Shown here: positions 46,978 through 55,078 of the stretch, one piece after another
How positions within the stretch are numbered: the first letter of the stretch is position 1
Layout: every line of letters starts with the position of its first letter
Origin: Alcanivoracaceae bacterium
Lineage (GTDB): Bacteria > Pseudomonadota > Gammaproteobacteria > Pseudomonadales > Alcanivoracaceae
Length of the DNA stretch: 64,000 nt
Direction: 5' to 3'
NCBI GenBank assembly: GCA_029210325.1
Contig: JARGPU010000007.1
Coordinates: 32,439 to 96,438 of the forward strand
Position numbers and translations under genes: made by a program
Notes under the pieces: generated by a model
Database searches by the model: none
Seen by the model: only the letters and a program-made list of their open reading frames with translations
What the model was told of the DNA's origin: nothing

Positions 46978-46999
46978 ACTTACTTCACCTTGCTTGAAA

Positions 47000-48430
47000 C
47001 TAGCGCCGCATTAGCGTGCCATGCGACGGCGCAGCATCACTGCGCCTAGCATCAACATGAGCACGGCCGGTGCGGTGCTACCGCCGCTGCTGCCGCCACC
47101 AGTGGACACCTTGCCCATGACGATCTTGCTGCCTGCGCCATCATCGGCCGCATAGACTCTGGGCCAGAATAGCTTGCCATCGTCCGCCATGGCAGCGGGG
47201 TAGGCCTTGTTCCAGCCATTGAAGCTCACCGCATTACTGGTCAAGACATTAGAGTCACTCGCTTTGCCCGAACTGCTGACGGATACATGGCTCATGCCAC
47301 CACGCATGCCGTGGAACACTTGCACGGTGTTGTTGCTTGCCATGAAGGCCTGTGCATATTTGAACGGGCCAAGCTCGGAATCATCAACGACTTTGATTGC
47401 CGTCATGTCCGCAGCACTGCCGTCTTGATCATCAAGGGAGGGATCCAGCTTGGCGTAGAACAAGGTGCCTCCACTAGCGCTGACCGTGTTATAGACATCC
47501 CAAATCGGGGCATTGCGCTTGTCGGCCCAGACCACAGCCACCTTGTCCTTGCTATCCGCCATGATGCTGTAATGCGCTGCATGCGGGGCATCGCCCACAT
47601 CTGACTCCGAACCCTGATCCGTTGACAGGTTAGTGGTGATCACGTTGGTAGCGTCAATCAGCACGCTGCCATCGGTGCCATCCAGCATGCCGTAGGAAAC
47701 CGTGCAAAGATTACCGGTAGTACTGTTGCAATCCTGAAACACAATATGGACATTGCCGTCGCTATCTAAGGCAATAGGGTTGGTGCCATGACCGTTGTGA
47801 TTTGCATCGGTAAACGGCCTCACCGGTGCAATAACTTCCGTCAACGTAGAGTCATATTTGGTAAACAGGCCATCGTGGCTCCAGACGTAAACATTGTCGG
47901 CATCATCCAACTCGATAAACGGATGCTTGAAGTCCGGTCCAGCATCGACTTCCGCCTCTTCCGTGATGGAGGCTAGAACCGGCGAAGTGCCGTCCTGCGG
48001 AGCAAGGGAGGGATCGAGCTTGATCAGATACAAGCTGCCCGCTTGGTTGTCGGTATTACGGTAGTCCCTAAAGCCCCAAGACACGTACACCTTGTCGTCC
48101 GATCCCACCTCGATATCTGCAGTGGTGACAGAGTCACCGGCAGCGTCAGTGGTCAGTTTGACCTCATCGATCAGCACGGTGCCATTCTTTGAGACCATCA
48201 TGTAGCCGACGTTGGCATCTGTATCCCGCATTTGTTCTTCCGCACTCCCGATGCGGTAGACGATGTGATAGTTGCCATCCGAGTCTTTATCGACGCGGGG
48301 GCGATCCCGCGCGAACGCGGTGTCTGCGGAAATTTCGGTGTATGCCAACTCCGCCGCGGATACCGGCAGTGCAGACAGTGACATGATCGCAGCAGCCAGA
48401 CTGGCTAGTAGCGGTCCTGCACTACGCTTG
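47000..48430. repeat. dispersed direct repeat, copy B
   Basis: See copy A. Confidence 0.85.
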
Positions 48431-48447
48431 ATGATAGAGTTCCCCAT
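47011..48447 (-). CDS. secreted repeat protein with GlyGly-CTERM-like sorting tail, paralogue B
   Basis: Identical to paralogue A from residue ~75 to the C-terminus. It differs in the signal-peptide N-region (MGNSIIKRSAGPLL), one Gly deletion and one Ala/Asp change. ATG 48447 with a GGAAGGAGAAGG RBS. Confidence 0.7.
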   Translation of the reverse strand: MGNSIIKRSAGPLLASLAAAIMSLSALPVSAAELAYTEISADTAFARDRPRVDKDSDGNYHIVYRIGSAEEQMRDTDANVGYMMVSKNGTVLIDEVKLTTDAAGDSVTTADIEVGSDDKVYVSWGFRDYRNTDNQAGSLYLIKLDPSLAPQDGTSPVLASITEEAEVDAGPDFKHPFIELDDADNVYVWSHDGLFTKYDSTLTEVIAPVRPFTDANHNGHGTNPIALDSDGNVHIVFQDCNSTTGNLCTVSYGMLDGTDGSVLIDATNVITTNLSTDQGSESDVGDAPHAAHYSIMADSKDKVAVVWADKRNAPIWDVYNTVSASGGTLFYAKLDPSLDDQDGSAADMTAIKVVDDSELGPFKYAQAFMASNNTVQVFHGMRGGMSHVSVSSSGKASDSNVLTSNAVSFNGWNKAYPAAMADDGKLFWPRVYAADDGAGSKIVMGKVSTGGGSSGGSTAPAVLMLMLGAVMLRRRMAR

Positions 48448-48757
48448 ATCCTTCTCCTTCCTTATAACCCCAGATAATTTCACCCTGACGCACCGTGAAA
48501 CGAACACTGATCGCATTCCTTTGCCGGATTAGAGGGGATGAGCCTGATAACACCTTAGCCTGATAGGCAGATTTTGCAAGCACGCGTGCTGTATAGACGC
48601 CTTCTAATGAGAGTGATTTTTGTTTGTAAGCTTTTGGCGAGTTGTGCGCTCTCCGCAATGGTAAACAATCAGTACCTGTGGTTTTTGTTTGTGCTATTTT
48701 CTCTTAGCGCCCATATTTAGCCGCAATAAACACCCAGCGTGGACCTTGAGGACACTA

Positions 48758-49993
48758 ATGACGGCCGGTAATAACCGCAGCACTCTTGCCAAGGTCTACT
48801 ATCTTCTCGGCTTGGCCATAAGCCTGTTCCTGATCGCCGAGCCCATGCTGCTGGTGGGGCTATTTCTGCTGCAGCTGTCTATGTGGTTTCGTTTTAAGCT
48901 GCCCGTGTCGGGGGTGGCTCACATTGCGCGTAAATTACGACTGTTTTTCCTGATTATTTTTATTACCTACATGCTCACTGGTAGCGGTGAGGGCACCGAT
49001 CACTGGCTGGAAGTCCCGGTCAGCTGGCTGCCGGACCTTAGCCTGAGTGGGGCGACTCTGGCCCTGTTGATGTGCCTGCGAGTGATGACCCTGGTGCTGG
49101 CGAGCACCTGGCTTCAGCAAACATCCCCTCCCAGAGCCTTGGTCGTCGGATTACGGCACCTGCGTATTCCAGAGAGTGTTGCCTTGACCGTGGACGCGAC
49201 GCTGGCTCTGCTTGGCGGTCAGGACAGAGGTGGTCAAGGCCATGGCAAGGGCGGCGGCAAGGGCCGGGGTAAAGGGGATGGTGAGGGGCGTGGCGACGGC
49301 GGTATAAGCTGGGCTGACATCCGTGCCGGCCGTCTGGCTGCTGTGGATGAGCTGCTGCAGGGCAAGTTTCGCCAAAGCAGGAGGTGGCTGGCGGAGCGCT
49401 ACCCTGAGCTGTCGCGCGAACGTCTTCATGATCTGACGGTGATTCTGGGCGTCAGCCTCACCGTGATGGGGCTCAAGGTACTGCAAATTCTGCCTGGGGT
49501 GCCAATCGCATCCGGGCACAAGAACATGCTGATTGTGCCGCTGCTATTGTTCGCAGCCAAAGCGACTTATATGCGCTTTGGCGCCTTGGCTGCCGGCACC
49601 ACCACCGGCATAGTTTCTTTTCTGATGGGGTATGGCAAGTTCGGCATTCTGGAAATCGCCCATTTCGCCGTGCCTGGCTTGCTTGCAGATATGCTGATGC
49701 CTGTTGCGCGGGCCACCAGTCGTGGCGGCAAGTTGCTGCAGTTTGCGTTAATTGGTGCTGCTATCGGTGCCGGCCGTTTTGCCGCCAACTTGCTCGTTAT
49801 TGTGCTTGCCGGCGCCCCACAGTTAGCTTTTGTGCTGTTTTTGCCGATGTTGGCTTCACAGCTTCTGTTCGGCACTTTAAGCTGCTTCGTCAGTGTGCTG
49901 CTGGTAAATCGCAATTTCACTGATGCACCCGAAGATCATCCAGACACGCGGCCACTGGCCGCTGGTAACAGTCGCAAGTCAGAAGAGTCATAA
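48758..49993 (+). CDS. two-module polytopic membrane protein (CbiQ/EcfT-like N-half, Gly/Lys/Arg-rich linker, unknown C-half)
   Basis: The N-half TM pattern and LVVGLRHLRIPESVALTVDATLALL loosely resemble ECF T-components. Linker is GGQDRGGQGHGKGGGKGRGKGDGEGRGDGG. The C-half has ~5-6 TM helices. 17 nt upstream of the mosA-like gene. Confidence 0.5.
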   Translation: MTAGNNRSTLAKVYYLLGLAISLFLIAEPMLLVGLFLLQLSMWFRFKLPVSGVAHIARKLRLFFLIIFITYMLTGSGEGTDHWLEVPVSWLPDLSLSGATLALLMCLRVMTLVLASTWLQQTSPPRALVVGLRHLRIPESVALTVDATLALLGGQDRGGQGHGKGGGKGRGKGDGEGRGDGGISWADIRAGRLAAVDELLQGKFRQSRRWLAERYPELSRERLHDLTVILGVSLTVMGLKVLQILPGVPIASGHKNMLIVPLLLFAAKATYMRFGALAAGTTTGIVSFLMGYGKFGILEIAHFAVPGLLADMLMPVARATSRGGKLLQFALIGAAIGAGRFAANLLVIVLAGAPQLAFVLFLPMLASQLLFGTLSCFVSVLLVNRNFTDAPEDHPDTRPLAAGNSRKSEES

Positions 49994-50010
49994 TCCAGAG
50001 GGAATAAAAG

Positions 50011-50850
50011 ATGTCAGAACTGGTGAAGGGGGACGGAAGGACCCATATTTCTAGCGGACTAATGAGAGAAAGTCTTGTTAGTCGGCGCCTTCTCAAGGAG
50101 ACCGACTCCGCTTCCGTGAAGAGCATGGTTCCCGATGTGAACATGATCTGTGTTGGCGGGCGTAGCATTATGGACCGTGGCGCCGAAGCCATTATGCCGC
50201 TTGTAGATGCTATCGCTAAACTGAATAGCAACTATCGTATGGTTATTGGTGTCGGTGGTGGCGCCCGCGCCCGACACACTTACTCTATCGGTATTGATCT
50301 GGGTCTGCCGATTGGTGGTTTAGCCCGTATCGTCGGCGGGGTTGAAGAGAACAATCGCGACATTCTGCAATTTCTGCTGGCACCTCATGGCGGTATTACC
50401 TTCGTTAAGGATCACTTTCAGGATCTGCAGCTGTTTCTCAAGAACGGCATGATTCCAGTGTGCATTGGCCAGCCGCCATACCATTTCTGGGAGCCGCCGT
50501 CGTTAGAAGCAGGCCAGCTGCCGGATAACGGCCCGGATACCGGACTGTTCCTGATGGCAGAAGTAATGGGTGCAATGAGCGTCATTTATGTCAAGGACGT
50601 TGATGGCATCTATACCGAAGATCCGCAGAAGAATCCCAACGCTGAGCTGATCCGTGAGATCACCGCAAAAGAGTTGCTGGAAATGGATTTGCCCGACATG
50701 CCGATCGAGCGTGAACTGCTGCGCACTCTGGAAAATGCCAGAACGGTTCACCAGATTCAGGTGATTAACGGCCTCAAAATAGACAATCTGGAACGGGCAT
50801 TGAATGGTGAGCTGGTCGGCACCATCGTCAAGTCCAGCCGCGCGAAGTGA
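50011..50850 (+). CDS. mosA: molybdenum storage protein alpha-like subunit (amino-acid-kinase fold)
   Basis: ICVGGRSIMDRGAEAIMPLVDAI ... GVGGGARARHTYSIGIDLGLP ... PPYHFWEPP ... VDGIYTEDP ... VQVINGL ... GELVGTIV parallels A. vinelandii MosA as I recall it ([48 protein letters not shown]). Confidence 0.7.
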   Translation: MSELVKGDGRTHISSGLMRESLVSRRLLKETDSASVKSMVPDVNMICVGGRSIMDRGAEAIMPLVDAIAKLNSNYRMVIGVGGGARARHTYSIGIDLGLPIGGLARIVGGVEENNRDILQFLLAPHGGITFVKDHFQDLQLFLKNGMIPVCIGQPPYHFWEPPSLEAGQLPDNGPDTGLFLMAEVMGAMSVIYVKDVDGIYTEDPQKNPNAELIREITAKELLEMDLPDMPIERELLRTLENARTVHQIQVINGLKIDNLERALNGELVGTIVKSSRAK

Positions 50851-50869
50851 TCTAGGGAGCAGTAATAAA

Positions 50870-51694
50870 ATGAAAAAAGACGGAAAAATCTGGATCGACG
50901 GCATGGATAATGCCCTGTCCGACCAATCTCTTTCTGGTCACGCTATCCGTGAACAGCTGGCCTCTCGCGATACGGTCACGGTGCTGCCGGATGTATGGGT
51001 CATCAAAATCGGCGGTCAAAGCATTATGGATCGTGGCCGCGCGGCGGTATACCCGATTCTTGAGGAGCTGGTTGCGGCAAAAAAGAATGGTGTGAACTTT
51101 ATTCTCGCCGCCGGTGGTGGTACCCGTGCTCGTCATGTTTATTCCCTTGGCCTGGATCTGAATATGCCTACCGGTATGTTGGCGCGTCTCGGTGCCAGTG
51201 TGCCGGTGCAAAACGCACGCATGCTGCAGATTCTCACCGCCAAGCACGGCGGCATCATGTGCTATCCGGAAGAGCTCGAGAAGCTGCCGTTCTTCCTCAA
51301 TGCTGGCTGCCTGCCGATCACCTCCGGCATGCCGCCGAATGAGTTTTGGGAGAAGTCACAGGCAGAGGGGTTGATTCCCGCTAACCGTACTGATGCGGGC
51401 GTTTACCTGATGGCCGAGTTCCTTGGTGCCAAGGGCGTGCTCTATATCAAGGATGAAGACGGACTGTACACCGATGATCCGAAGAAGAACCCGGATGCTG
51501 AGTTCATTCCTGAAACCACCGCCTCAGAGCTGCTCAATAATGGTCAGGACGACCTGATTGTGGAGCGCGTTGTACTGGAGTACATGATGCGTGGTGATCA
51601 CATCAAGAAACTGCAAATCGTCAACGGATTGAAGCAAGGACAAATCACTGCAGCCCTTAACGGCGAAGACGTGGGCACCATTATCCGCGCCTGA
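50870..51694 (+). CDS. mosB: molybdenum storage protein beta-like subunit (amino-acid-kinase fold)
   Basis: VIKIGGQSIMDRGRAAVYPILEELVAAKKN ... GGGTRARHVYSLGLDLNMPTGMLARLGASV ... NRTDAGVYLMAEFLGAK ... IKDEDGLYTDDPKKNPDAEFIPE ... LQIVNGL ... GEDVGTII closely parallels A. vinelandii MosB as I recall it. Confidence 0.78.
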   Translation: MKKDGKIWIDGMDNALSDQSLSGHAIREQLASRDTVTVLPDVWVIKIGGQSIMDRGRAAVYPILEELVAAKKNGVNFILAAGGGTRARHVYSLGLDLNMPTGMLARLGASVPVQNARMLQILTAKHGGIMCYPEELEKLPFFLNAGCLPITSGMPPNEFWEKSQAEGLIPANRTDAGVYLMAEFLGAKGVLYIKDEDGLYTDDPKKNPDAEFIPETTASELLNNGQDDLIVERVVLEYMMRGDHIKKLQIVNGLKQGQITAALNGEDVGTIIRA

Positions 51695-51726
51695 GTGCTT
51701 TGCTCAGCTGGCTGCGTCGGAGCGGA

Positions 51727-52266
51727 CTAATCTTGGCTCCGACGTTGGCCGCCTTGCTTTAATGCCACTTGGCTGACATTGCGCATCAAGGTTTGCTCCA
51801 TCCCATCTGAAAGCTCGATCAACTTAAACGCACCGCGGCGGTTAGCGCCAATAAAGAACTGTCTGGTGTCCTGCTGCACTTTATCTACTGGGAAACGAGC
51901 TACGTCGCCCTCGCAAGTGATCACTTCGACCACAGTAATATCCGGGGCCATGCCTGCCAGTACGAGCAAGTTCACTCCTTGGGTGCTGGCGCGATGACCG
52001 GCATCAAGCGGCTGTACTTCGGGCATGTCCTCAAATGCTTGTATTTGTTTTTGCCATAGCAACTGCTGCCCGGCGTACAGCGAAAGAGAGTCGCTACAGT
52101 CAGCCTGTGGCTCGCCTTTGTGCGCGGCATCTTCTTGTTTCGGGTTGGATTGCTGTGCAGGCGTCTGAGCTGGCTTGATGGGGCTAACGCTGTTCCCGGC
52201 TAGCCAGATATAAACGCCAGCGGCAACCAGCACTGCGCCCAGCAATACCGCTAATTTAGTTTTCAT
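51727..52266 (-). CDS. membrane-anchored/periplasmic hypothetical protein, last gene of the mod operon
   Basis: N-terminal anchor MKTKLAVLLGAVLVAAGVYIWLA. 31 nt downstream of modC on the same strand. No family recognised. Confidence 0.45.
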   Translation of the reverse strand: MKTKLAVLLGAVLVAAGVYIWLAGNSVSPIKPAQTPAQQSNPKQEDAAHKGEPQADCSDSLSLYAGQQLLWQKQIQAFEDMPEVQPLDAGHRASTQGVNLLVLAGMAPDITVVEVITCEGDVARFPVDKVQQDTRQFFIGANRRGAFKLIELSDGMEQTLMRNVSQVALKQGGQRRSQD

Positions 52267-52297
52267 TTCATACCCCTATGTGTCACGCCTGTATATG

Positions 52298-53416
52298 TCA
52301 TGCTTCTGCATTGGCGTTATCGATAGCCGTCTGCTCGGCGGAATTCTTTACCGCTACACTTTTTATCTGGGCAAATAGAGATTGCCCCTGGATCAGGTTT
52401 AGAGCCTCTGCTGACTTCAATGTTACGCGGGCCATTAGCTTTGCCTCACCCACGCGCAGCTGGACCAGTACATATCCACCAGCTTCGGCCTGTCGGCTCT
52501 CCACTACCGCTGGCAGAATATTCAGAATGCTGCTCGAGCGCGGACGCTCCCGGCACAAACTCACGTCACTCGCCATGATGCGTAAACGCAGGGGGCAACT
52601 GTGATCACCGTGACGGCCCGGGACAACCACTTCTCCACCAGCAAACTGTAGTCTGGACAGCTGATAATGTGGGTCATAATCAAGCACGCGAACATCCAGT
52701 ACGGTGCTAGCTTCGCCACCACCCAGTATGGGTAGATCGGTACGCATCAGCATGTCGTGTAGCCTGCCTTGACCGAGCACTCGACCAGACTGCATCACCA
52801 CCAAGTGATCACATAGGCGTGTCATTTCATCCAGACTGTGGCTGACATACAGCATTGGCACTTGGAGATTGGCGTGCAAGCGGTCGAGGAATGGCATGAT
52901 TTCTTGCTTGCGCGCGGCGTCGAGATTGGCAAGCGGCTCGTCCATCAATACCAAAGCCGGGTAGCGCAACAGCGCGCGGGCAATCGACGCTCGCTGTTGC
53001 TCGCCGCCGGAAAGTTGGGCTGGCTTCCGGTCAAGCAAATGACCGATGCCCAGCATGTCAATAATCTGCTCCGGCGAGCTTAGCTCTGGCAAAGGCGCAG
53101 AGCGACGGCGACCGTAATTGAGATTACGGGCGACTGTCATGTGTGGGAACAATCGCGCATCCTGAAATACATAGCCCACAGGCCGTTGCCAAGGCGACAC
53201 GAAATTCTCTGAGTCCTGCCATAGTTGGCCATTAAATCCGACGCTTCCACGGGCGTCACGTTCGAGTCCAGCAATACAGCGAAGCAGGGTGGTTTTGCCG
53301 CAGCCGGAGGCACCAAAGATTCCGGTGACACCATGGGAAGGCACCTTGATGTCGACATCCAGAGTAAAGTCTGGACGACTGAGCGCGGCCGTTACATGTC
53401 CGGCATCAGTGTTCAT
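52298..53416 (-). CDS. modC: molybdate ABC transporter ATP-binding protein with C-terminal TOBE/Mop domain
   Basis: Walker A GASGCGKTT, signature LSGGEQQRASIARAL, Walker B LVLMDEP. C-terminal TOBE domain (ILNILPAVVES ... LMARVTLKS ... LFAQIKSVAV). The ATG at 53416 overlaps the modB stop. Confidence 0.88.
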   Translation of the reverse strand: MNTDAGHVTAALSRPDFTLDVDIKVPSHGVTGIFGASGCGKTTLLRCIAGLERDARGSVGFNGQLWQDSENFVSPWQRPVGYVFQDARLFPHMTVARNLNYGRRRSAPLPELSSPEQIIDMLGIGHLLDRKPAQLSGGEQQRASIARALLRYPALVLMDEPLANLDAARKQEIMPFLDRLHANLQVPMLYVSHSLDEMTRLCDHLVVMQSGRVLGQGRLHDMLMRTDLPILGGGEASTVLDVRVLDYDPHYQLSRLQFAGGEVVVPGRHGDHSCPLRLRIMASDVSLCRERPRSSSILNILPAVVESRQAEAGGYVLVQLRVGEAKLMARVTLKSAEALNLIQGQSLFAQIKSVAVKNSAEQTAIDNANAEA

Positions 53417-54104
53417 GGCGTAACCTGCCATTGATGAAATAGAGCGCAAACATGCAGGTGAAACTGAACGCCAACAGCAGGCCAGACAAGACGTGCGCCT
53501 GCGCATACTCCAGTGCTTCAACATGGTCGTAAATGGCAATGGAAATTACCCGGGTTTGCCCGGGAATATTGCCGCCAACCATTAGCACGACGCCAAATTC
53601 GCCTAGCGTATGGGCAAAGCCCATGATGGCTGCGGTCAGAAAGCCGCGGGTGCTGAGTGGCAGAATTACCGTAAAAAAAACGTCCAGAGGCCGAGCGCCA
53701 AGTGTTTCAGCTGCTTCAACGAAGCCGCGACCAATACTCTCGAAGGCGTTCTGCAGCGGCTGAATAACGAACGGCATGCTGTAGAGAATCGAAGCAATTA
53801 CCAGGCCACCAAAACTGAACGTCAGTGTGCTTTCGGTCAGCTTCACCCAATAGCTGCCTACCAAACCATTAGGCCCGAGCAGAATCAGCAGATAGAAACC
53901 GAGCACCGTAGGAGGTAGCACTATGGGAAGGGCCACCATGGCTTCAATAACTGTTTTTGCGTGAGATCGGGTGCGAGATAGCCAGAATGCCAGCGGTGTG
54001 CCAAACAGGATAAGGATCGCCGTGCTGATAAGGCCAAGCTTGACCGAGAGCCAAAGAGGGCCGAGGCCAGGCATATTTGCAGTCCAAGCGTTGAAAAGCT
54101 CCAT
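53406..54104 (-). CDS. modB: molybdate ABC transporter permease
   Basis: CysTW-type permease with EAA loop (VEAAETLGARPLDVFFTVILPL). 232 aa. Confidence 0.9.
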   Translation of the reverse strand: MELFNAWTANMPGLGPLWLSVKLGLISTAILILFGTPLAFWLSRTRSHAKTVIEAMVALPIVLPPTVLGFYLLILLGPNGLVGSYWVKLTESTLTFSFGGLVIASILYSMPFVIQPLQNAFESIGRGFVEAAETLGARPLDVFFTVILPLSTRGFLTAAIMGFAHTLGEFGVVLMVGGNIPGQTRVISIAIYDHVEALEYAQAHVLSGLLLAFSFTCMFALYFINGRLRHEH

Positions 54105-54107
54105 TAT

Positions 54108-54866
54108 TTATTCAAGGCCATATCCGTGAGCTAATATAATGGCTTGTGCTTTCTCGCCGGCAAGAAATTCCATAAATGCCTTGGCGGCTGGATTATTTGC
54201 CGACCTCTTCAATAGCACCACCTGCTGTTCTATTTTGCTATGCAGTGCCTGCGGCACCTGCCAATGGCATGTGCCCTCAGGAATATTTGGCAAATTCAGC
54301 TGTGCTGCTGCAATCAGACCCATGCTGGCGCTGCCGCTGGCGACAAAATGAAGCGCCTGAGAGATGGATTCACCGGTTACGATGCTCTCGGTCAGCTGGT
54401 TCTTGTCGAGCCCGATACTGGCAAGAACTTCCTCCGCAGCGACACCGTAAGGCGCGGCTTTTGGATTGGCGATGGCCAGTTTGGCAAAATTTTTCGCTTT
54501 CAGCTCCGCCTCACAGTCCTTGCCTTGGTAGCGCTCATCAACCGACCAGAGAACCAGTCTGCCGGTGGCATAGGTACGGCGGGATTCAGGTACCACCAGT
54601 CCGTTTGACTCAAGCAGCGCAGGCCGCTCAATGTCTGCGGAAAGAAAGATGTCAAAGGGTGCACCATGACTGATCTGGGCAAATAACTTACCGCTTGAGG
54701 AAACGCTAAAGAGAACTTGATGCCCGGCTTCCTGCTCAAATGCTTCTGCGATCTCTCGCGCCGCTTGAGTGAAGTTACTGGCAACGGCCACCGTGACTTG
54801 TGTGGCTGCCGTTGCTGCCTGTGCCACAAGCAGCAGAGCGCCCACAAGCCAGCTGGATCTGGTCAT
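54108..54866 (-). CDS. modA: molybdate ABC transporter periplasmic binding protein
   Basis: Signal peptide followed by VAVASNFTQAAREIAEAFEQE ... FSVSSSGKLFAQISHGAPFDIFLSAD, the typical ModA N-lobe. Confidence 0.88.
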   Translation of the reverse strand: MTRSSWLVGALLLVAQAATAATQVTVAVASNFTQAAREIAEAFEQEAGHQVLFSVSSSGKLFAQISHGAPFDIFLSADIERPALLESNGLVVPESRRTYATGRLVLWSVDERYQGKDCEAELKAKNFAKLAIANPKAAPYGVAAEEVLASIGLDKNQLTESIVTGESISQALHFVASGSASMGLIAAAQLNLPNIPEGTCHWQVPQALHSKIEQQVVLLKRSANNPAAKAFMEFLAGEKAQAIILAHGYGLE

Positions 54867-55078
54867 TCCCTGTCCTCAAAAAACCGTCTAGATGGGCTAC
54901 TATCGCGAAAATGGTTCAGTGGCACAAGGCAGGCCTCAGGTGGTCGTATAGCCCGTCATCTACGCTTCCTCCCGTGCTAACCCTGACCTGTGACAATTCG
55001 CTCCCCCTCTGTTGAACTAGAGTAGTCTCATATTCAGGGTTGCTCGCTCGCCCATCAGTTACAGACGTTGAGGTCGAA

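Noticed and set aside
44157-48447. Whether the two identical 1.2-kb segments are the arms of a composite transposon
   Set aside because: They are direct repeats that encode a secreted protein, not a transposase. No terminal inverted repeats or target duplications are present, and the enclosed genes are ordinary exported proteins.
49195-49300. GC-rich quasi-repeat as a non-coding tandem repeat or minisatellite
   Set aside because: It stays in frame within a long ORF and encodes a Gly/Lys/Arg linker between two hydrophobic modules. I treat it as coding low complexity.
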